A stretch of 64,000 nt of DNA, taken from positions 84,509-148,508 of the forward strand of contig CAZYLV010000001.1 of assembly GCA_964648865.1 (NCBI GenBank), written 5' to 3'. The translations under genes were made by a program, and so were the position numbers. The stretch comes from an uncultured Gammaproteobacteria bacterium. Lineage in GTDB: Bacteria; Patescibacteriota; Patescibacteriia; 2-12-FULL-57-11. This document shows positions 48,269 to 57,128 of this stretch, piece after piece. Position 1 is the stretch's first letter. Each line of letters opens with the position of its first letter. The notes below the pieces were generated by a model. It did no database searches. It saw only the letters and a program-made list of their open reading frames with translations, and was not told the origin of the DNA.

Positions 48269-48501
48269 GCGCCGGGGACGAAGATCTTGGTGAGGAAGGC
48301 CTCGACGCCCCCGGTCATGTAGAGCAAGGAGAGGAAGACGAAGAGGATGCCGATGATCTTGTACATGAGCCGGGTCCCGCCCTCGGTGCCGAGGTATCTG
48401 TCGGCGAAATCGATGCGGCCGAAGAACGTGAAGAACCACTCGGACTTGAGGACCAAGATGATGCCGAGGATGATGCCGAGGATGCCGATGACGATGCGCA
48501 T
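48265..48501 (-). CDS. small membrane protein (78 aa)
   Basis: Two TM helices; stop overlaps the next ATG (ATGA). Confidence 0.8.
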   Translation of the reverse strand: MRIVIGILGIILGIILVLKSEWFFTFFGRIDFADRYLGTEGGTRLMYKIIGILFVFLSLLYMTGGVEAFLTKIFVPGA

Positions 48502-48503
48502 GG

Positions 48504-48580
48504 TGGTGGGCCCTCTCCGATTCGAACGGAGGACCTTCTCGGTGTAAACGAGACGCTCTGGACCGCTGAGCTAAGGGCCC
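48504..48580 (-). tRNA. tRNA-Val(TAC)
   Basis: GGGCCCTTAGCTCAGCGG...CTCGTTTACACCGAG...GTTCGAATC...GGGCCCACCA. Confidence 0.96.
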
Positions 48581-48627
48581 GGTGCGGACGTCCTCCGCAC
48601 GCAGGATACACCCCGGCGCGTCCGCCC

Positions 48628-50775
48628 TCAAGCGCCCTTCGCGCTCCGCAGCCGCACCGTGAAGGCGCTCCCCTTGCCGACGGCGCTCTCGAAGCCCACC
48701 TGGCCGCCCATGGCCTCGGTGAATTCCTTGACCGTCGCGAGCCCGAGGCCCGTGCCCGTGCCCATGGCGTTGGAGGCGCGGAAGAACTTCTCGAAGATGC
48801 GCTCCTGCTCGTCCGCGGGGATGCCGATGCCCGTGTCGCGCACGGTGACGGCGACCGTCCCGTCGTCCGCCACGGCGGAGACGGCGACCTCGCCGTCCTC
48901 CGGGGTGTAGGCGACGGCGTTGGAGAGGAGGTTGCGCAGGACCTCCTGCAGCAGGGTCGCATCGGCCATGACGCGCAGCGGCTTCGGCACGTCGACCGTC
49001 AGGCGGATGCGTTTGCCCGCGACCTGCGGCCGGAGGTCGGCGGACGTCGCGTCCACGACGCTCCGTACGGCGATGGGCGAGACGCGGAACTTGAGCCGAC
49101 CGGCGGCCAGACGCGCGATCTGCAGCAGTTGGTTGATGAGGGTCAGCGTGCGGTCCACGGTGGTCGCGATCTCCGCCAGGTACGCGGCGCGCTCGGCCGG
49201 CTTGGCCCCCTCGGCCGCCTCGACGGCCCACTTGAGCGAGGTCAACGGCGAACGCAGCTGGTGCGCCACGATGTCGGCGAACTCCGTGCGCAGGCGCTCG
49301 ACCTCGCGCTGCTTGCTGATGTCGAAGAAGGCCATCAGCACCTGGGGCCGGTCGCCGCGCGTGAACGCCAGCGGCTGCGCCGTGACGCTGTAGAAGACGG
49401 GTTTGCCGCCGAGCTGCAGCATCACGTCGTCGGCCTGCGCGGTCCTGCCGCCCGTCTTGGCCGCAAGATACGGCATCTTCGCGGCCGGATACGCGCCCCC
49501 GTCCATCCGCCGCACGCCCTTGAGGAACGCCAGGAAGTCGGTCCAATCCTTGCCGACGGTGCCGACGAGCAGGGCGCGGCCCGCAGGGTTGACCATGATG
49601 ACGTGGTCCGAAGCCTGGTCCACGACGACGATGGGCAACGGCACCGTCTCGAGCACCGTCCGCAGGAACTTCTGGCTCACCAGCAGCTGCTCCTCCGCCT
49701 GGCTGACGGCCTCGACCATGCTGTTGTAGGTCTTGGTGAGATGCTCGAACTCGTCGCCGGTACGGGCCACGGCCACGGCGGCGAGCTTGCCGCTGCGGCC
49801 GCTCTCCTCGACCTGCGCCAGGAAACGGAACAGCGGCCGGAAGACGAGGGACTCGAAGAACAGGAAGACCATGAACGCCACCGCGATCACGAGCAGCGAG
49901 ACGATGAGCGCCGTCTGCAGCAACTGGCCATAGGCGATGTGGAAGAGCGAGCGCGACTCGGTGATGCTCACCACGGGCGCATCGGCCCCGAAGAGCACTC
50001 CCGGCAACGGGAAGCTCACGGTCATGTCCTCGCCGGTGAAGGCCAGCGCGCTCCGCCCCCCCTCCGGAGCCGCCGGTGCGGATCGGCCTTCCCCGGTGTC
50101 CACGTCCACGCCGTCCGCCCGGACGCTGACCGGCGCGAGCAGGCGCGCGCCGAAGCCGGAGTCCAGGTAGGCCGCATCGAGCTTGCGGCCGATGACATAC
50201 ACGCCGCTCCACGGGCCGGTCTGGTCCGTGTCGACCGTCCGATGGATCGTGCTGGCCGCGACGAGCGCGTAGCCCTCCGCGGTCTTGAGGAAGCCGCTCA
50301 ACGCCTTCTTCTCCGTCGTCTCCCGGAAGAGGGGCGTCGGCGAGATGTCCTCGTCGACGGCGTACCCGGGCACGTCGCCGTACTGGTAGACGATCCTGCC
50401 GGAGGCATCCGTGATAACGATGAAATCGACCTGATGGAACTGCGGGACGTACTCGTCGATGTTGACCTTCCGCCACGCGACCCACTCCGGCGTCTCGGGG
50501 TCGAGCGTGAAGTCGTAGAACTCGTCCCAGATGCTCCAGCCGAGGTTGTTGGCGAGCAGCTCGCCGCGCTCGGAGTCCACCAGGCGCTCGAACCGCAGGC
50601 GCTGCTTGGAGAGCACCTCATTCTCGAGCGGCGTGACGCTGTTGAGCAGGACCCGCCCCTCGATGAAGACGACGACCACCGGGAGCAGGAGCGCGCACAA
50701 GACCACCAAGAGGATCTTGGTGCGGACCGACCCGCGGATGAGCTTGGCGACGACGCGGAATGTCCTCCCGATCAC
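48628..50775 (-). CDS. sensor histidine kinase (CHASE4-like, HAMP, PAS, HisKA, HATPase)
   Basis: WSIWDEFYDF extracytoplasmic domain, DEFEHL HAMP, AHQLRSPLT, NLLSNA, DTGIGI, GTGLGL. Confidence 0.92.
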   Translation of the reverse strand: MIGRTFRVVAKLIRGSVRTKILLVVLCALLLPVVVVFIEGRVLLNSVTPLENEVLSKQRLRFERLVDSERGELLANNLGWSIWDEFYDFTLDPETPEWVAWRKVNIDEYVPQFHQVDFIVITDASGRIVYQYGDVPGYAVDEDISPTPLFRETTEKKALSGFLKTAEGYALVAASTIHRTVDTDQTGPWSGVYVIGRKLDAAYLDSGFGARLLAPVSVRADGVDVDTGEGRSAPAAPEGGRSALAFTGEDMTVSFPLPGVLFGADAPVVSITESRSLFHIAYGQLLQTALIVSLLVIAVAFMVFLFFESLVFRPLFRFLAQVEESGRSGKLAAVAVARTGDEFEHLTKTYNSMVEAVSQAEEQLLVSQKFLRTVLETVPLPIVVVDQASDHVIMVNPAGRALLVGTVGKDWTDFLAFLKGVRRMDGGAYPAAKMPYLAAKTGGRTAQADDVMLQLGGKPVFYSVTAQPLAFTRGDRPQVLMAFFDISKQREVERLRTEFADIVAHQLRSPLTSLKWAVEAAEGAKPAERAAYLAEIATTVDRTLTLINQLLQIARLAAGRLKFRVSPIAVRSVVDATSADLRPQVAGKRIRLTVDVPKPLRVMADATLLQEVLRNLLSNAVAYTPEDGEVAVSAVADDGTVAVTVRDTGIGIPADEQERIFEKFFRASNAMGTGTGLGLATVKEFTEAMGGQVGFESAVGKGSAFTVRLRSAKGA

Positions 50776-50793
50776 ATGGCCCCAGTATACAAG

Positions 50794-50820
50794 AAAAGGC
50801 GCCTCGATGAGACGCCTTTT
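50794..50820. terminator. terminator downstream of tRNA-Leu
   Basis: AAAAGGCG.CTC-GAT-GAG.CGCCTTTT. Confidence 0.7.
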
Positions 50821-50821
50821 C

Positions 50822-50906
50822 TGGTGGGCCGAGAGGGACTCGAACCCTCAAGCCTTGCGGCACACGCCCCTCAAACGTGCGCGTATACCAGTTCCGCCAC
50901 CGGCCC
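50822..50906 (-). tRNA. tRNA-Leu(GAG)
   Basis: GGGCCGGTGGCGGAACTGG...CACGTTTGAGGGGCGTG, long variable arm, GTTCGAGTC...CCA. Confidence 0.96.
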
Positions 50907-50917
50907 GCAGGTTGTCT

Positions 50918-51691
50918 TCACGCCGGCGTCGGGACCCGGAACAGCCGGTTCCGCCCGACGATGACCTTGAGCCGCGCAGGCAGGACGTCGACCTCGGCCC
51001 GGGCGGCGGTGAGCCTGCGGCCGTCCACCGACATGGCGAACGGCTTGTCCGCCCGGATGGCCAGGCGACGCAGGTTGAGCACGGTCTTCGCGCTCCGCGC
51101 GCCGAGGATGCCGCGGCGCGGCGGGATGACCGCCTCGAGCATGCCGTCGGACGGGTCGGCCGTGTGGAACGGCTCCTCGTCCTCGTCGAGCAGCTCCTCG
51201 AGCGGCGTCATGTTGCAGACGTGCACCGGACCGTGCGCCGGCGTCGTCACGCGGTAGCGCCCTTCGCATTCCAGGACCACCGGACCCCGGGGGACGGAAA
51301 GCGCGGCGAGGAAAGTATGGCCGTTGACCCGGCCGATGTCAAGGGTCTGGGTGAGCCGCGCGGAGAGCACGTCGCAGGCCGCGAGGCCCTCGGGCACGCC
51401 GAGGAGGCGGGCGATGCGGTTGGGCTTGCCGACGGGGATGACGCCCATGGTCACCGGGAACTGGGCGACCGCGTCCATGACCTTCTTCACGGTGTCGTCG
51501 CTGCCCACGGCCACGACCGTGGTGGTGCCGCGGCGCACGCCGTCCTCGAGCGACTGGGCGACGTTCTTGAACAGCGACAAGCGCTCGATCCGGCCATGGA
51601 TGCCCAGGTCGGTCAGGCGGTTCTCGATGGCGGTGAGCAGAAGCTGATGCCGCCGGTCGGAGAGGGCGGCATCGTAGATGTACTGGTACAT
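50918..51691 (-). CDS. diacylglycerol kinase catalytic-domain family protein
   Basis: VVAVGSDDT, GVIPVGKPNRIARLLG, LDIGRVNG, SVDG. Confidence 0.85.
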   Translation of the reverse strand: MYQYIYDAALSDRRHQLLLTAIENRLTDLGIHGRIERLSLFKNVAQSLEDGVRRGTTTVVAVGSDDTVKKVMDAVAQFPVTMGVIPVGKPNRIARLLGVPEGLAACDVLSARLTQTLDIGRVNGHTFLAALSVPRGPVVLECEGRYRVTTPAHGPVHVCNMTPLEELLDEDEEPFHTADPSDGMLEAVIPPRRGILGARSAKTVLNLRRLAIRADKPFAMSVDGRRLTAARAEVDVLPARLKVIVGRNRLFRVPTPA

Positions 51692-51711
51692 GGCAAGGAC
51701 GCCGCCGGAGG

Positions 51712-52134
51712 CTAGGGCTCCAGCTTGGCGGGCCGGCTGCGCAGCGCCGCGGGCGCTTCCGGCTCGGGCGCCGGACGCTCGGCGGGAGCGCCGCCCATGG
51801 CGCAGCGGCCGTTCATCACGGCGCCGGCCTCCATGACCATGACCTTGGCGCGGATGTCGCCGGTCACGCGCGCCGTCGCCGAAAGCTCGATGCGGTCCGA
51901 GGCAGTGACGTTGCCGACGACCTCGCCGGCGATGCGCGCGCTGCGCGCCGAGACGTCGGCCGTGATCTTGGCGTCCGGCCCGACGATCAGGTCCATGGCC
52001 GTCTTGAGCGTGCCGGAGACCTCGCCGTCGATGACGATGTTGCCCGCGGAGACGAAGTCGCCCTCCACCTTGACGCCGGCGGCGATGACGGTGTCGGTGC
52101 CTGCGGACTCGGTGCGTGCCGGTTGCTTGAACAT
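51712..52134 (-). CDS. bactofilin (polymer-forming cytoskeletal protein)
   Basis: TVIAAGVKVEGD..IVIDGEVSG..GAVMNGRCAM. Confidence 0.92.
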   Translation of the reverse strand: MFKQPARTESAGTDTVIAAGVKVEGDFVSAGNIVIDGEVSGTLKTAMDLIVGPDAKITADVSARSARIAGEVVGNVTASDRIELSATARVTGDIRAKVMVMEAGAVMNGRCAMGGAPAERPAPEPEAPAALRSRPAKLEP

Positions 52135-52185
52135 AGCGGGGATCACAGCGTGATGCCCGCAGTATACCAACCGCCCCGGCAGGGC

Positions 52186-53793
52186 TCAAACGCGGCCGGC
52201 GGGGATGCGGAACCCGAAGGTCGAACCCTTGCCCGGCCCGGGGCTTTCCACGAAGACGCCGCCGCCGTGGGCCTCGATCAGGGTCTTGGCGATATAGAGG
52301 CCGAGCCCCGAGCCGTGGGAGATCTTGAGCCCGCCGCCGGCACGCACGAACTTGGCGAAGAGCTTGGGGACCTCCTCCTTCTCGATGCCGATGCCGGTGT
52401 CCGTGACCCGCACCTCGACCGTCCTTCCGGGCACGACCGTCGTCTTGATGGTCCCCCGCTCCGTGTACTTGAGGGCGTTCTCGACGAGGTTGAAGAGGAC
52501 GTTCCTGAGCTTCTCCTTGTCCGCCTTGAGCGGCACGCGCTTCACCGGGCAGGAGACGACGAGCCGGATGCGCTTGCGGTCCGCCGTGAGCTTGAGCTCC
52601 TTGTAGATGTCGCGGACCATCGCGCAGACGTCGACCGGCACCTTCTGGAGGTCGATCTTCCCGGCCTCGAGACGCGTCACGTTGAGGAAGGTCTCGATGA
52701 CGTGCAGCGTGTGGTTGAGCGAGTCCAGGTTGAGGTCGAGCAGGTCGTGGACCTTGTTGGGCAGCTTGCCGAAGTCGCCCTCGCGCAACATGGAGAGGTA
52801 GCCGCGCACGCCCCCGATCGGCGCCCGCAGCTGGTGGCTGGCGATGGAGACGAAGTTGGACTTCATCTCGGAGAGCTCCTCGAGCTTTTCGTTAGCAATA
52901 CTGAGGTCGTCCGCGAGCTTCTGAATCTCTTCTCGACGACGGACCTCGTCGCGAACGCTACGAATGAGTTGCAGCGCAAAGAAAACCGTGACGACCAGTC
53001 CGGAAATGCGCAACGCGAGTTCCGCGGATGTCCGAGAGGACCCTACCTCCACGACGTAAATAAGCACGACCGCCATCGCAAAGAGCTCGGCAGCTACGAT
53101 CTTCAGCGAGAGCAGGCGATGTCTGATGATTGCCACGGCTGTAAAGCCCACCATGAAGACAGTCCACGCCGGACCGACGTTCTGGAGGTCATAATTGCCG
53201 GTGAAGAACGGGATGAATATCTGCGTCGCAATGGCCAACACCACGGTGAATACCCACCCGATGGCGAAATACGAAATCTGCAATCGACGCATATCCCCCG
53301 CCGAAAGGCGGCGGTACTTCCAGACCAGTCGGAGGATGCTATACACCGCAAAAAAGACGCAATGCACGATGAAAAGCCCATAAAGTGGACCGAAGACAGT
53401 GACGCGTTCCAAACCCTTAATGATTTCCGCGCCGTCAACCAACGGGGTGAACTGCGTTAGAACGACCAACGCTGCGGTCCACAGGCTGATGAGCCAAAAC
53501 CGCCGTTGCGGGACGGCGTGGTTCTCCTCCGGAAATACCTCCACGAACAATGCGAGGAAGTAAAAAATCAGTTCCGCAAAAACGAAATTCAGTTTCCCCA
53601 GTTCATATACGACCGTGGGGTCGGTCAGCTGGTAAAAGAAATACAACGTTAGAATCCAAAACGCGATGGAAAAGACGAAGAGGACGAAGTACCGACGAAC
53701 GCGCGCTTTCGGCCGGCCAAAAAAAACGAGCACTCCCAACGCGATGTTGATCGCGAAGGAAAAGAACTGGATGACTTGAAAAACGATTTCCAT
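52186..53793 (-). CDS. sensor histidine kinase with N-terminal 7TM-type domain
   Basis: Multi-TM N-terminus (AIIRHRLL), ASHQLRAP, NLVENA, DTGIGI, GSGLGL. Confidence 0.92.
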   Translation of the reverse strand: MEIVFQVIQFFSFAINIALGVLVFFGRPKARVRRYFVLFVFSIAFWILTLYFFYQLTDPTVVYELGKLNFVFAELIFYFLALFVEVFPEENHAVPQRRFWLISLWTAALVVLTQFTPLVDGAEIIKGLERVTVFGPLYGLFIVHCVFFAVYSILRLVWKYRRLSAGDMRRLQISYFAIGWVFTVVLAIATQIFIPFFTGNYDLQNVGPAWTVFMVGFTAVAIIRHRLLSLKIVAAELFAMAVVLIYVVEVGSSRTSAELALRISGLVVTVFFALQLIRSVRDEVRRREEIQKLADDLSIANEKLEELSEMKSNFVSIASHQLRAPIGGVRGYLSMLREGDFGKLPNKVHDLLDLNLDSLNHTLHVIETFLNVTRLEAGKIDLQKVPVDVCAMVRDIYKELKLTADRKRIRLVVSCPVKRVPLKADKEKLRNVLFNLVENALKYTERGTIKTTVVPGRTVEVRVTDTGIGIEKEEVPKLFAKFVRAGGGLKISHGSGLGLYIAKTLIEAHGGGVFVESPGPGKGSTFGFRIPAGRV

Positions 53794-53794
53794 G

Positions 53795-54589
53795 CTACGT
53801 GACTGCCGCTTCCCAGGACGCGAGATCCATGGCCTTCAGACGCTCGACGTCCTTCCCTGGCACCGCTGCGGCGGCGAGGTGGATGTACGGAAGGAAAGTG
53901 AGCGCACAGCCGGTCTGCCCCTCCTGGACGGCGTGGCTGCGCACGGCCACAAACACCTCCTTCAACCTCGACCCCTGTTGACGCGCGACGACCTGCGTGC
54001 TGCGCGCGCATTGCTTCATGAGATCCCGTTCGTCGGGCGTATTCCCGACGCCCGCCCCGACGTCCTCCATGAGAATGTTCGCGCGGTCGTTCCCCTCTTC
54101 CACGATGCCGATTGCGGCTACAGCATACACCCAACCCGGCCCGGTGTGATAGACGTCTTTGAGGGCAACGGGGGTATGCGAACCGGGAAAGATTGGGAAA
54201 CGCGGGTGGTGCACGGTCCCAAAAAGCGACCGGGTGGCGCGGAGCAGTGGGTCGGCGGAGTACACCGGAACGGGCCTCTCGGGCTGGTGAAGCAGAAACA
54301 GCGGGTCGTTCGCAGCGGACGCGCGCGCGAGGTGATACCCCCAGATCAGCCCGTTGGGTCCGCTGAACGACGACACGGTCATCGCATTCAATTGCCCCAC
54401 GTTCGTTTCCGAAACCTCGGCTGCATCAAAGGCGCAGATCCGCCTCAAATTCTCGGACGTGATGCCCTCTGCCGCAACAGACGCTGCCGCCACATGTATC
54501 GCCAGGACGTATGGTCCGCGATGCGTGTACCCCGCACAGGAACGTTCGTACGGAAGAAGAAAGTTGTCCTCCAGTCGTTCCCCCTTCAT
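53795..54589 (-). CDS. pyruvoyl-dependent histidine decarboxylase-like proenzyme
   Basis: FDAAEVSETNVGQLNAMTV-SS-FSGPNGLIWGYHL resembles the HdcA Ser-Ser self-cleavage region; ILMEDVG; GCALTFLPY. Confidence 0.78.
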   Translation of the reverse strand: MKGERLEDNFLLPYERSCAGYTHRGPYVLAIHVAAASVAAEGITSENLRRICAFDAAEVSETNVGQLNAMTVSSFSGPNGLIWGYHLARASAANDPLFLLHQPERPVPVYSADPLLRATRSLFGTVHHPRFPIFPGSHTPVALKDVYHTGPGWVYAVAAIGIVEEGNDRANILMEDVGAGVGNTPDERDLMKQCARSTQVVARQQGSRLKEVFVAVRSHAVQEGQTGCALTFLPYIHLAAAAVPGKDVERLKAMDLASWEAAVT

Positions 54590-54627
54590 ATGTGAGAAAA
54601 AAATCGGGGCGTTGCCCGCCCCTCGGC

Positions 54628-55308
54628 TCACCTCTCCTTCTTCGCTTTCGCCTCGGCGAGCAACGAGACGGGATCGCTCGCCAACCGCTCCACGAGCCAC
54701 ATCGGCTTTCCGCCGACGACGACGATGTCCATCGAATCCTGAAATTCGTAGACGAGGTCGTACCCCACGACTTCCCGCACGATCCGCCAGAGCCTCGCCT
54801 TGCGCGACGTCCAGAGGTAGGTGTACGAGGCACCCGCAGCCGCCGCGAACCGGTAGACGGGTAACGCGGTCCGGAAGACAGCGTCGAGACCGGTCCGATA
54901 CGCAGCACGTACCCCGAACTCCCGGGCTGACATCACAGTCCCCTGCGGATCGGCACCGCACCGCACGAGAGCCGCAGCGAGACCTCTCCGATGCTCGGCG
55001 GTCGCGAGCCCCGGCGGGAACTCCCGCTCCTCCGTCGCACGGTCGATCGTGTCGACGTACCCAAGACACAGTGCCCGCACGATGCACGTGTCCCCCTCCT
55101 GATGGTAGAGGAAATGCATCAGTGCGGGATGCGGATCGAGTCGGGCTTGCGCTGTGAACTTGCGAGCGACGTCCTCGTCGGTCCACGTTTCTCCCCAGCC
55201 GCCCTCACCTGTTTCGGTAAAGAGCTCGACGTAGGCCTGCAGGAAGGTGCTGCGGAACCGCGGAGATGCAAGCACCTCAGGCAGCGTCAGAACAATCGAT
55301 TGCTCCAT
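54628..55308 (-). CDS. GNAT-fold N-acyltransferase-like protein
   Basis: AYVELF..WGETW N-terminus; motif-A-like REFGVRAAYRTG; YLWT..VGY; AGGAGG RBS. Confidence 0.6.
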   Translation of the reverse strand: MEQSIVLTLPEVLASPRFRSTFLQAYVELFTETGEGGWGETWTDEDVARKFTAQARLDPHPALMHFLYHQEGDTCIVRALCLGYVDTIDRATEEREFPPGLATAEHRRGLAAALVRCGADPQGTVMSAREFGVRAAYRTGLDAVFRTALPVYRFAAAAGASYTYLWTSRKARLWRIVREVVGYDLVYEFQDSMDIVVVGGKPMWLVERLASDPVSLLAEAKAKKER

Positions 55309-55382
55309 TCAATCCTCCTGATACAGACAATACAACAAAAAAAGAATAACCGCCATTAGTCGGTTCCTGGAGAAGGTGTCTA

Positions 55383-57128
55383 CTACATCTCCCCGACCAG
55401 GGGAATCCCCAGCAGGCCGCAGCCCGCCTCGAGCGCGGCCTTCACCTTCTTGGCGAGCGCCAAGCGCACGGCGCGCTCGGCCGGCGAGGCCGTGAGCACC
55501 GGCACCTGCTCGTAGAACGCAGCGAACAGTCTGCAGAGCTCGAAGAGTTCCTGACAGAGCGCGCTCGGCCGCCACTGCGCCGCGGCGGCGCGCACGGCCT
55601 CGGGGTAACGCAGCAGCGCCAGCGCGAGCCGATGCTCCGGCGCGGTCACGAGGACACGGCCCTTCTTGCCGGCCGCGGCGCCTGCTTTCTTCTCGAGACT
55701 CGCGATGCGCGCGTACGTATATTGGATGTAGGGGCCGGTGTAGCCGTCGAAGGACACGGCCTCCTCGACGTCGAAGACAATCTGCTTGTCCGGGTCCTGC
55801 TTGAGGAGCGCGAAGAGGATGCCGCCCAAGGCCACGGCACGCGCCGTCTTCCCGGCTTTGGCCGCGCTCCAGTCCTCATGGCGCTTGACCACCTCTTCCG
55901 TGGCGCGCTCCACCACGGCATCGCGGAAATCCGTGTAGTAGATGACGTTGCCCTTGCGCGAGCTCATCGTCCCTTCCGGCAGCGTCACGAACTCGTAGGC
56001 CAAATGACGCAGCGCCAAGTCGTGTCCCATGCGCCGGAGCGTGGCGAAGAGCTGCTTCATGGCCAGCGACTGCCGCGCGTCGATGACGTAGACCGACTCG
56101 TCCGGATGGAACTCCCGCTCCTTGATGAGGGCCAGCGCGATGTCCTTGGCGTTGTAGAGCAGCGTGCCGTCGGTCTTGCGCAGCAGGTTAGCGCCGAGCT
56201 TCTCGTCCGAGAGGTCCACGATCAGCGCACCCTCGCTGACGCGGGCGATGCCGCGCTTCTCCAGGTCGGCGACGATGGCCACCGTCTCCGCGATGAGCCC
56301 GCTCTCGAACCACTGCCTCTCGATCTCCCAGCCGAGCTCCTTGACCACCGCGTTGATGGCCGCCTTGGACCAGGCATGCGTCGTCTTCCAGGCCATCACC
56401 CAGACGCGGTCCTTGGGTGGGATGGCGGCAAGCCCCTCGGCATGGAAGCGCTCCAGCGTCTTCTGGATGTGCGTGACCTCCTCGCGCACCGCCGGGTCGG
56501 CTTCGGCCGCCGCCGTGGCCGCCACGTAGGCATGGTCCAGGAAGCGGATGCGCTCCTCCGCGGACGTCTTCTCCCAGCCCGGGGTCCGCAGCACGCCCCA
56601 CAGGCATTTGGCGACGTTGCTGCCGAGGTCGTTGATGTAGGAGACGCCGATGGCGTGATGACCGAGCGCGCGCTGCAGCCGGACGGCCGCCGCGCCGAGC
56701 GCGAAATTGCGCAGATGCCCCACGTGCACGTCCTTGTGCGTGTTGGGATTGGCGTACTCGATGAGGATCGTCCTGCGTTCGGCCTTGGGGAGCGGCGCCG
56801 GCTGCGGTTTGGCTTTGGCCGAGCAGGCATAGGCCACAAGCCGTTCGGGGTTCACGGAAAAATTCAGGTACGGACCGGCGGACGTCACGTCCGCGAGCAT
56901 CCCCTTGCCCGCCGCGAGCTTCGGCGCGAGCTCGGCCGCCAGGTCGCTGGCGATGAGGACCGGGTTCTTGCCGAGCGCCTTGGCCAGCGGAAAGCAGCCG
57001 AAGGCCAGGTCGCCGAGCGACGGATCGGGCGGATTGGAGAAGTGGTCGGCGAGGAGGTCGGCCTCCGGCAGCGCGGCGCGCAAGGCCGCGAGCGCCTCGG
57101 CGACGAGCGGCGCGGGCAACATACTCAC
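55383..57128 (-). CDS. argS: arginine--tRNA ligase
   Basis: IEYANPNTHKDVHVGHLRN, MSSRKG, TGPYIQYTYAR; start GTG 57128 or ATG 57122. Confidence 0.96.
   Translation of the reverse strand: MSMLPAPLVAEALAALRAALPEADLLADHFSNPPDPSLGDLAFGCFPLAKALGKNPVLIASDLAAELAPKLAAGKGMLADVTSAGPYLNFSVNPERLVAYACSAKAKPQPAPLPKAERRTILIEYANPNTHKDVHVGHLRNFALGAAAVRLQRALGHHAIGVSYINDLGSNVAKCLWGVLRTPGWEKTSAEERIRFLDHAYVAATAAAEADPAVREEVTHIQKTLERFHAEGLAAIPPKDRVWVMAWKTTHAWSKAAINAVVKELGWEIERQWFESGLIAETVAIVADLEKRGIARVSEGALIVDLSDEKLGANLLRKTDGTLLYNAKDIALALIKEREFHPDESVYVIDARQSLAMKQLFATLRRMGHDLALRHLAYEFVTLPEGTMSSRKGNVIYYTDFRDAVVERATEEVVKRHEDWSAAKAGKTARAVALGGILFALLKQDPDKQIVFDVEEAVSFDGYTGPYIQYTYARIASLEKKAGAAAGKKGRVLVTAPEHRLALALLRYPEAVRAAAAQWRPSALCQELFELCRLFAAFYEQVPVLTASPAERAVRLALAKKVKAALEAGCGLLGIPLVGEM

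Noticed and set aside
47726-50485. Apparent long fusion ORFs in the track (919 aa; also 11480-13621, 38249-39958, 53795-55186, 19370-20803)
   Set aside because: The N-terminal extensions overlap real upstream genes or tRNAs in another frame; true starts are internal.
48504-50906. tRNA-anchored genomic island carrying the CHASE4-like kinase
   Set aside because: No duplicated tRNA 3' end, no integrase, and codon usage looks native.
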